Source of the DNA: Actinobacteria bacterium UBA2236
Lineage (GTDB): Bacteria > Actinomycetota > Actinomycetes > Nanopelagicales > Nanopelagicaceae
Assembly: GCA_002347935.1 (NCBI GenBank)
Contig: DDYK01000050.1
Location: 1 to 33,446 of the forward strand
Reading direction: 5' to 3'
DNA length: 33,446 nucleotides
Under the pieces are notes generated by a model. That model saw nothing but the letters and a program-made list of their open reading frames with translations, had not been told where the DNA came from and ran no database searches. Shown piece by piece: positions 26,999 to 33,446 of this stretch (position 1 is its first letter; every line of letters begins with the position of its first letter). The position numbers were made by a program, and so were the translations under genes.

Positions 26999-29674
26999 GT
27001 GGTTGCAATTATTGACAAGATTCTGCGCGCCGGAGAAGGGCGAGCGCTCAAGCAATTAGAAAAGATTGCGGATCTTGTTAACTCACATGAGGCAACTTTT
27101 GTCGCAATGAGCGACGATCAGCTACGGGCGATGACCGATACTTTCAAATCACGACTTGCCTCAGGTGAGGATTTAGACGATATTCTTCCAGAAGCCTTTG
27201 CTCTAGTCAGAGAGGCATCGAAGCGAACACTTGGGCAGCGCCACTATGACGTACAGATTATGGGAGGCGCAGCTCTTCACCGCGGAAACATTGCAGAAAT
27301 GCGAACTGGTGAAGGAAAGACTCTAGTAGCAACCCTTCCTTCATATCTCAACGCTCTGACTGGTTTGGGAGTTCACATCGTTACTACTAATGATTATCTA
27401 GCAGAGCGCGATAGCGAGTGGATGGGTCGTGTTCACCGTTTTCTTGGTTTAAAGGTCGATGTAATTCTTGCAAACATGACCCCAGCAGAGCGTCGTCAGG
27501 CATACCTTGCCGACATCACATACGGAACAAACAATGAATTTGGATTTGATTACCTTCGCGACAATATGGCGTGGTCACTTGAAGAGTGTGTGCAGCGTGA
27601 ACACTTCTTTGCAGTAGTCGATGAAGTTGACTCAATTTTGATTGATGAGGCACGAACACCTCTGATTATTAGCGGGCCTGCTGACAAAGCAACTAAGTGG
27701 TACGTGGAGTTTGCAAATCTTGTGAATAAATTGCAGCGCGATGTTCACTACGAAGTAGATGAAAAGAAAAAGACTTGTGGAATTATTGAAGAAGGCGTTA
27801 CAAAGGTTGAAGAGATGCTGCAAATTGGCAATCTTTACGAATCAGCAAATACTCCGATGATCGGCTACCTAAACAACGCTATTCGCGCTAAAGAGCTGTT
27901 TAAGCGCGATAAAGATTACGTTGTAATGAATGGCGAACTATTAATTGTCGATGAGCATACTGGCCGCATGTTGGCTGGTCGCCGCTACAGCGAAGGTCTG
28001 CACCAGGCACTTGAGGCTAAAGAACGCATTGAAATTAAGGATGAAAACCAGACTCTTGCAACAATTACATTGCAGAACTACTTCCGTTTGTATTCAAAGA
28101 TTTCAGGTATGACAGGTACTGCGTCAACCGAGGCATCTGAATTCCATCAGATTTACAAGCTCGGTGTGGTTCCAATTCCTACTAACCGCGAAATGCAGCG
28201 TATTGATTCTCCTGACTTGGTATACAAAACTGAGGTCGGAAAGTTTGCTGCAGTAACTGCAGATATCGTTGAACGCCATCGCAAGGGTCAGCCAGTTTTG
28301 GTTGGTACCGTCAGCGTTGAAAAATCTGAAGAGCTTTCAGCGTTCTTGCGTAAATCTGGTGTTCCTCACGAAGTTCTTAATGCTAAGCACCACGAGCGCG
28401 AAGCAGCGATCATCGCACGTGCTGGTGTGAAAGGCGCAGTAACAGTTGCTACCAACATGGCTGGACGTGGTACTGACATCATGCTTGGCGGTAACCCTGA
28501 ATTTATGGCGGACTTTGAATTACAACGTCGTGGAATTTCTCCAGTAGATAATGCTGAAGAGTATGAAAAAGAATGGCCAGCAGAAATTGCACGTCAGAAG
28601 GCGGCAGTTGAAAAGGGTCATGAAGAAGTGATTGCACTTGGTGGTTTGTATGTTCTAGGAACAGAGCGCCACGAATCTCGCCGTATTGATAACCAGTTAC
28701 GTGGCCGTTCAGGTCGCCAAGGTGATCCAGGTGAATCTCGTTTCTATCTCTCACTTCAAGATGATTTGATGCGTCGCTTTAATTCAGGAATGGTTGAGCG
28801 ATTCTTAACTGCAGCAGGCCTTCCTGAGGATGCGCCTATCGAGTCAAAGATGGTTTCAAACGCTATTCGTTCTGCACAAACACAGGTTGAAGCTCAAAAC
28901 TTTGAGATGCGTAAGAACGTTTTGAAGTATGACGATGTTATGAACCGCCAGCGCACCGTTGTTTACGGAGAGCGCCGCATGGTTCTAGAAGGTGCCGACA
29001 TTAAGGATCAGGTTGCGGGATTTGTTTCCGATACCTTGACTGCGTATGTGCAGGCAGCAACTGCCAATGGATATGCAGAAGATTGGGATCTAGAAACTCT
29101 CTTCACCGCGCTAAAGACGATTTACCCAATCTCATTTACTATCGAACAGCTAGATGCAGAGGTTGGTTCTCGCGCAGGGTTAGATGCAGAGTATTTAGCA
29201 GCTCGTGTTGTTGATGATTGCAAGGCAGCATACGCAAAGCGTGAAGAGGCACTTGGTGAAGAAGTTATGCGCGAACTCGAGCGCAAGGTATTGCTATCTG
29301 TTCTAGATCGTAAGTGGCGCGAGCACCTATACGAGATGGATTATCTACAAGAAGGTATTGGGCTTCGTGCAATGGCACAGCGTGATCCACTTGTTGAGTA
29401 TCAAAAAGAAGGCTTTGATTTATTCGCTGCGATGATGGATGCAATCAAAGAAGAGATTGCTGGATTCTTGTTTAACATCGAAGTCACAGTTGAAAGCTCA
29501 AGTAATCAGGTAGTTGCGCCAGGACTTGAGGCAAAGCAGCTTCCTGCCGCTGGCTTGCAGTACACAGCAGCAGATGAGTCTGGTGTTCGCACAACTGGTG
29601 ATGTTTCTAGAAACGCTCAATGCCCATGTGGTTCAGGTAAGAAGTACAAGCGTTGTCATGGTGGAGCTGCTTAA
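26999..29674 (+). CDS. secA: preprotein translocase ATPase SecA
   Basis: 891 aa. Walker [13 protein letters not shown]-like [19 protein letters not shown] and [11 protein letters not shown]-terminal zinc motif [17 protein letters not shown] start with GTGGAGGG upstream. Confidence 0.95.
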   Translation: MVAIIDKILRAGEGRALKQLEKIADLVNSHEATFVAMSDDQLRAMTDTFKSRLASGEDLDDILPEAFALVREASKRTLGQRHYDVQIMGGAALHRGNIAEMRTGEGKTLVATLPSYLNALTGLGVHIVTTNDYLAERDSEWMGRVHRFLGLKVDVILANMTPAERRQAYLADITYGTNNEFGFDYLRDNMAWSLEECVQREHFFAVVDEVDSILIDEARTPLIISGPADKATKWYVEFANLVNKLQRDVHYEVDEKKKTCGIIEEGVTKVEEMLQIGNLYESANTPMIGYLNNAIRAKELFKRDKDYVVMNGELLIVDEHTGRMLAGRRYSEGLHQALEAKERIEIKDENQTLATITLQNYFRLYSKISGMTGTASTEASEFHQIYKLGVVPIPTNREMQRIDSPDLVYKTEVGKFAAVTADIVERHRKGQPVLVGTVSVEKSEELSAFLRKSGVPHEVLNAKHHEREAAIIARAGVKGAVTVATNMAGRGTDIMLGGNPEFMADFELQRRGISPVDNAEEYEKEWPAEIARQKAAVEKGHEEVIALGGLYVLGTERHESRRIDNQLRGRSGRQGDPGESRFYLSLQDDLMRRFNSGMVERFLTAAGLPEDAPIESKMVSNAIRSAQTQVEAQNFEMRKNVLKYDDVMNRQRTVVYGERRMVLEGADIKDQVAGFVSDTLTAYVQAATANGYAEDWDLETLFTALKTIYPISFTIEQLDAEVGSRAGLDAEYLAARVVDDCKAAYAKREEALGEEVMRELERKVLLSVLDRKWREHLYEMDYLQEGIGLRAMAQRDPLVEYQKEGFDLFAAMMDAIKEEIAGFLFNIEVTVESSSNQVVAPGLEAKQLPAAGLQYTAADESGVRTTGDVSRNAQCPCGSGKKYKRCHGGAA

Positions 29675-29675
29675 C

Positions 29676-30203
29676 TTAAATCAAAGTTAAAGCAGTACAT
29701 AGCCAACGTCCATCTAGTCCTTCGAACCTGATTGCAACAACGCGCAATCTATCCCCGTAACGAACTGTCACCGTTGACTCGCTGATGCCATCTAGCGGTT
29801 CAGTAACTTTAATCTTTCTTATTCTCCCTACAAGTTTTTGTTGTCCGGCCTTGCGCTGCAAATCAGCAAAGATAAGGTGATGGCACATTGCCTGGACTTG
29901 TGAGGCAGATCGGCGTCCAGCCCAAATTTCAACAACATTGTGAATGAAATGAAGTGTTAAGCCACTGATTTCTGGCAGCTCCGTAGCTGATGTTGGTTTT
30001 GGTGCAAAATCTGCGTCGTACTCCTCGCCAAATGTTGAAGGAGTTAAGTAAAGGCGAGGCTTTTGTTCAGGGAGTACTGGGGTTTCAGGTCGAAACATTT
30101 CAAGTACTAGATGTTGCCAATCTTCATCTGGATCACTTGAGATTGGTGCTAAATCAATTGTTGAGAATGATGGTTGCTGGCTGTATTCGAGTTCTGTTGT
30201 CAT
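29676..30203 (-). CDS. Rv3235-family conserved actinobacterial protein
   Basis: VVEIWAGRRSASQVQAM...RIRKIKVTEPLDGISESTVTVRYGDRLRVVAIRFEGLDGRWLCTAL matches the pattern I recall for the family that sits next to secA. Convergent with secA, with 1 nt between the stops. Confidence 0.7.
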   Translation of the reverse strand: MTTELEYSQQPSFSTIDLAPISSDPDEDWQHLVLEMFRPETPVLPEQKPRLYLTPSTFGEEYDADFAPKPTSATELPEISGLTLHFIHNVVEIWAGRRSASQVQAMCHHLIFADLQRKAGQQKLVGRIRKIKVTEPLDGISESTVTVRYGDRLRVVAIRFEGLDGRWLCTALTLI

Positions 30204-30262
30204 GGACTGACAATTGCTGTGTACTCGTGCACATACCTCAGACTAAAGAGTGGATCGCTCTA

Positions 30263-30274
30263 GTACTTAAGTAC
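30263..30274. repeat. perfect 12-bp palindrome GTACTTAAGTAC in the divergent intergenic region (candidate operator)
   Basis: Read directly from the sequence. It lies between the divergently oriented Rv3235-family and CpaB-like genes. Confidence 0.25.
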
Positions 30275-30325
30275 CACTGTGGATAGAGAGTAGGAAGATG
30301 TCTCGCATACGGTTTGGGTACTCCT

Positions 30326-30925
30326 ATGACTCTACAAAAGAAGACACGCTCAACACGGCTCCCATTGGCAGTGACCCTAATTGTTGCCGCATTTGTTTCA
30401 GCTTTTCTGATTGCAACTTTTTCCAATAAGGGAGCTGATTATTGGGTGATTAGTCTTCCGATTTCGCCAGGTCATCAGATCTCAGCATCTGATGTTTCTA
30501 TCGCGCATTTGAATTTAGATGAAAGTGCGCAGTTCTATTTGAGCGTTGAAGTTGAACCGATTGGAATGGTTGCAACACGAATCATGCATCCAGGTGAAAT
30601 TATTGGAAGTGATGATCTAACCTCTGCCATCGATGCGATGTCGACCAGTGCGGTGCCACTTAGCGTTCGCTCCGTTGATGTGGCAACTGGCTTAAGTATT
30701 GGGGAAGGTGTTGATATCTATTGGGTTTTTGATGCTCAAAACGGTGATGAGGTCATGGATCCAGTACTAATTCTCGGGGGAGTGACTCTGCTCAGCTATG
30801 ACGATGGAGGCAAGAATTTTGGAAGTGATGTCGGATTATCTGTTGCCGTTGAAGAGACACAGGTTCTTCGGCTCTTAAGTGCCACAACACTAGGACGTTT
30901 AGTAGTGATCAGGTCACATGTCTGA
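30326..30925 (+). CDS. SAF-domain, CpaB/RcpC-like membrane-anchored protein
   Basis: N-terminal TM LPLAVTLIVAAFVSAFLIATF. SAF-like segment ISPGHQISASDVSIAHL...MHPGEIIGSDDL. The C-terminal half resembles CpaB (GEGVDIYWVF, VAVEETQVLRLLSATTLGRLVVIRS). The ATG at 30326 is preferred; TTG at 30314 is the alternative. Confidence 0.7.
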   Translation: MTLQKKTRSTRLPLAVTLIVAAFVSAFLIATFSNKGADYWVISLPISPGHQISASDVSIAHLNLDESAQFYLSVEVEPIGMVATRIMHPGEIIGSDDLTSAIDAMSTSAVPLSVRSVDVATGLSIGEGVDIYWVFDAQNGDEVMDPVLILGGVTLLSYDDGGKNFGSDVGLSVAVEETQVLRLLSATTLGRLVVIRSHV

Positions 30926-32018
30926 GTTAGAAATGCCCACAGTAATAACTGCAATTGCATCATCTGAAACTGAAGGATTCATTGCAGGAACTCTATTTGC
31001 ACAGGGCTGGAGTGTTGTCTTTCGCGCAATTGATTGGGAGTCACTTGAGCGATACATACATGCAAATCAAGAAGCCGCCCAGGGAGCACTTCTTTTGTTT
31101 GCTTCTGATCTGCCGGGTATTTCAAAAGCTAAGATTGATTTAATTGGGGCAAAGATCCGTCAGACAATTGGGTTTTCAATAGGTCAGCAACAAAGCAGTG
31201 ATTTCATGGAACTCCACGAAGTGCCCAAATCGGCAACAGATCTAGTGAGCCTAGTTAGAGGTTTTGTACGTGCGCCAATGGTGCGGGGAGTTAACACGCC
31301 ACAACGTACGGCACGAAAAGCCTGTGTCATCGCAGTTGGATCAGCCGGCAGTTATACAGGCTGCACAACCCTGGCCATAAATTTAGCTATGGAGTTGAGT
31401 CTTCTTGAAAAATCAACACTGTTAATTGAAGGTAACTATCGAGCCCCTTCGATTGCTGCATATTTAGCAATGCGCAATATTAATAGCGATGCACCGTGGA
31501 AAACTATTGCTCCTGACTTTTCCCTCACTGAGATTGATCAAGAACATGCCGGCACTATTGATGAGTTTATGGATCGGGCTGCAGCGGAGTTTGACTACAT
31601 CATCATTGATCTAGGTTCAATATCAGGATTATCAAATCGCCTGACCGATCGTAGATGGACTTCTACAATGACAACCTGGTGTTGTGATCAAGCAGATGAG
31701 TTAATGATTATTTCCAGGGCCGATCAATTAGGAGCGCATCGATTGGCTCAAGTCATAGAGCTGCTACAGAGCACCTCTGTTCGGGCCAAGTTGAGTTTTG
31801 TCATGAACATGAAATCTCCTGGCAAGCGAGGTGAGAGCGAGGATGCAAAGTTCTTGAGCACTACAACGGCTCTCAAGCCGATAAGAATCAGGAGTATCGC
31901 TAAGGACTCTCGTGCAATTATGGCCGCCGAAGATGAGCATGCGACCTTGGTAGAGATAAATGAGCGCTCAAATCTACGGAAATCGATAGCTGAATTGGCC
32001 CGTGAATTAAAAAGTTAA
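30918..32018 (+). CDS. CpaE/TadZ-like MinD/ParA-fold protein with receiver-like N-domain and degenerate Walker A
   Basis: The N-terminal ~120 aa show a CheY-like beta/alpha periodicity. The C-terminal half follows the ParA-fold order. Walker A position: CVIAVGSAGSYTGCTTLAINLA. Walker B-like: DYIIIDLGS. 8-nt overlap with the upstream gene. Confidence 0.7.
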   Translation: MSELEMPTVITAIASSETEGFIAGTLFAQGWSVVFRAIDWESLERYIHANQEAAQGALLLFASDLPGISKAKIDLIGAKIRQTIGFSIGQQQSSDFMELHEVPKSATDLVSLVRGFVRAPMVRGVNTPQRTARKACVIAVGSAGSYTGCTTLAINLAMELSLLEKSTLLIEGNYRAPSIAAYLAMRNINSDAPWKTIAPDFSLTEIDQEHAGTIDEFMDRAAAEFDYIIIDLGSISGLSNRLTDRRWTSTMTTWCCDQADELMIISRADQLGAHRLAQVIELLQSTSVRAKLSFVMNMKSPGKRGESEDAKFLSTTTALKPIRIRSIAKDSRAIMAAEDEHATLVEINERSNLRKSIAELARELKS

Positions 32019-32037
32019 GATCTATTACTATTGTCTA

Positions 32038-32424
32038 GTGCGTGCATATCTACCAATTAGTCATAAGGATCTTGAGGGCTTTGTACTGAGCAAAAGCCTT
32101 GAGGTCGATGAACTCTATGCACCGACCATTCACTTTGAAGTTGAAAACCCAGATTGCGATGAAGAAGAGCTTGAGTATTTGCTCTCAGTTGCTGCAGGTG
32201 AAGAGGCTTTAGAGCTTCGACTTTCTGAAAAAGCACCAGGAATTGTCATAGCCCTTGAAGTTGAAAAGGAACAGATCGGCGAGCACTACGCCCAATCAAT
32301 CACCTTAGTTTCTCCATTGCTATGGGATCAAGTTCAATGTGCATTACTTGCTTTTCAAGGTGATGACGAATTGATCTGGTTTGCTACCCAGGAAATCGAT
32401 CTGCACCTGGTGGAGTGGAAGTAA
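32038..32424 (+). CDS. acidic conserved actinobacterial protein (DUF6912-like)
   Basis: MRAYLPIS...DEEELEYLLSVAAGEEAL...DDELIWFATQEIDL resembles the DUF6912 pattern (MRVYVP..., EELEY, ELLWYATQEL) as I recall it. GTG start. Confidence 0.65.
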   Translation: MRAYLPISHKDLEGFVLSKSLEVDELYAPTIHFEVENPDCDEEELEYLLSVAAGEEALELRLSEKAPGIVIALEVEKEQIGEHYAQSITLVSPLLWDQVQCALLAFQGDDELIWFATQEIDLHLVEWK

Positions 32425-32426
32425 GA

Positions 32427-33446
32427 ATGTTTCAGTTAGATAACTTGCTTGGTGGCCGCACCACAGTAACTATTCATCAGTCCCATCGCTTAAGAGAACT
32501 AGTGGCGGACTGGCAGCTTTTATCTGATCTTTCTTTTGCAGATTTGATTTTGTGGGTTCCAATCCGTAAAGACATCAAGTTATGGCCAACTGGTCACATC
32601 GCAGTTGCTCATATTCGTCCGACAACATCTTCAACTGTGTTTAGCAACGATGTTATTGGGGATGAAGTGTTGTGGGGTGAGCGTCCAAACATTGATGAAG
32701 CACTTTCAACTGGTGACATCATCCGAAATACCGAACCTGAACACGTGGGAGAGATTTTGGTGAAGGAAGAGACTATTCCTGTGTTCTTTCAAGGTCAGGT
32801 GATTGCCGTGATTTCTCGCCACCGCAATGCTGAACACATGCGCTCTCCTGGAAAATTAGAATTAAATTACCGAGAAATTGCTAACCATTTGTATCAAATG
32901 GTGGCTGAAGGAAACTTCCCGTATCAATCTGCTGGCTCTTTATTTGAACCGGTTCCTCGCGTGGGAGATGGTTTGATCCGACTAGATGTTAATGGAGCTA
33001 TTTCATTTGCTAGTCCTAATGCAAAGTCCGCGTTTTCTCGCATGGGGTGGAACGGTGAATTGGAAGGCCGCAATCTTGGAGAAATTGCAGAGCAAGTTGT
33101 CACTGCTTCTCCAAATGCACATGAGGAAGGTGTTCGTACTCGTTTAAATGGGAAGACGTTGCGTCGGGTAGAAATTGATAATCAAGGCGCAACAATCGAT
33201 CTTTTAGTCTTACCGATGATTCAAGGATTAGATCGAATTGGTTCAATTGTTCTTTTGCAAAATGTGACAGAACTTCGTCGACGAGATCGTGAACTAGTAA
33301 CAAAAGATGCAACCATTCGGGAAATTCACCACCGTGTAAAAAACAATCTACAGACCGTCTCTGCCCTCCTTCGATTACAGTCCCGCCGTATTGATGACCC
33401 AGCAGCAGCTGCGGCATTAGATGAAGCGGTTCGACGTATTGCCTCG
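32427..33446 (+). CDS. pdtaS: sensor histidine kinase PdtaS (GAF-PAS-HisKA_2 type), 3'-truncated by the window edge
   Basis: Hand-translated open frame of 340 codons with no stop; absent from the ORF track. VADWQLLSDLSFADLILWV, GDGLIRLDVNGAISFASPNA and RRRDRELVTKDATIREIHHRVKNNLQTVSALLRLQSRR closely parallel M. tuberculosis PdtaS, including the H-box HHRVKNNLQ. Confidence 0.85.
   Translation, partial: MFQLDNLLGGRTTVTIHQSHRLRELVADWQLLSDLSFADLILWVPIRKDIKLWPTGHIAVAHIRPTTSSTVFSNDVIGDEVLWGERPNIDEALSTGDIIRNTEPEHVGEILVKEETIPVFFQGQVIAVISRHRNAEHMRSPGKLELNYREIANHLYQMVAEGNFPYQSAGSLFEPVPRVGDGLIRLDVNGAISFASPNAKSAFSRMGWNGELEGRNLGEIAEQVVTASPNAHEEGVRTRLNGKTLRRVEIDNQGATIDLLVLPMIQGLDRIGSIVLLQNVTELRRRDRELVTKDATIREIHHRVKNNLQTVSALLRLQSRRIDDPAAAAALDEAVRRIAS

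Noticed and set aside
30298-30429. A 43-aa Cys-rich ORF (MSRIRFGYSY...CCRICFSFSDC) beginning at an ATG that directly abuts AGGAAG.
   Set aside because: The purine-rich box touches the ATG, leaving no spacer. The ORF overlaps the N-terminal TM region of the CpaB-like gene in another frame. It has no recognisable family.

Overview
This window reads as a core-chromosome segment of an AT-rich, genome-streamlined actinobacterium. A freshwater acI/Nanopelagicales-type organism is my guess, by inference only. I call about 36 protein genes. By hand tally roughly 97% of the window is coding, and many gene junctions are 1-, 4- or 8-nt overlaps. I saw no rRNA, tRNA, CRISPR array, transposase, integrase, prophage or recognisable defence genes.

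Gene order follows conserved actinobacterial neighbourhoods as I remember them from Mycobacterium and Corynebacterium:
- DUF3117, pepA, O-methyltransferase, tatB, mrp, then DUF1003 and an MgtE-N/CBS protein.
- EamA, PHP, MarC, MpaB, ParA-like, then DUF3107 and TetR.
- mshB, a small membrane protein, cysS, fdxA, dapC and a GDP-mannose pyrophosphorylase-like gene.
- whiB, a giant GT2-membrane fusion, DUF5719, DUF3499 and phosphomannomutase.
- ahcY, mtrA, mtrB, comF-like, secA and an Rv3235-family gene.
- A CpaB-like gene, a CpaE/TadZ-like gene, a DUF6912-like gene and pdtaS, which runs off the 3' end.

Three coding stretches are missing from the ORF track:
- A 59-aa DUF3117 gene at 382-561.
- The N-terminal ~85 codons of dapC, which contain no ATG, GTG or TTG.
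- The partial pdtaS gene at 32427-33446.

The items most worth a second look:
- An orphan CpaB-like/CpaE-like pair whose ATPase has lost both P-loop lysines.
- The uncharacterised module of whiB, GT2-polytopic fusion, DUF5719 and DUF3499, bracketed by GDP-mannose supply genes.
- dapC, which apparently must initiate at ATA just after the fdxA stop.
- A near-consensus promoter followed by a terminator-like hairpin that abuts the whiB ribosome-binding site.
- An in-frame TGA splitting a sigma-factor-like reading frame at the 5' edge.
- Several syntenic deletions relative to other Actinobacteria: sigE-rseA-htrA, tmk, lpqB and hpf.

All homology statements come from reading motifs by eye and from memory of the families. 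Nothing was searched or computed. I regard this as an ordinary conserved region with a few genuinely odd details, not an obvious novel-system island.
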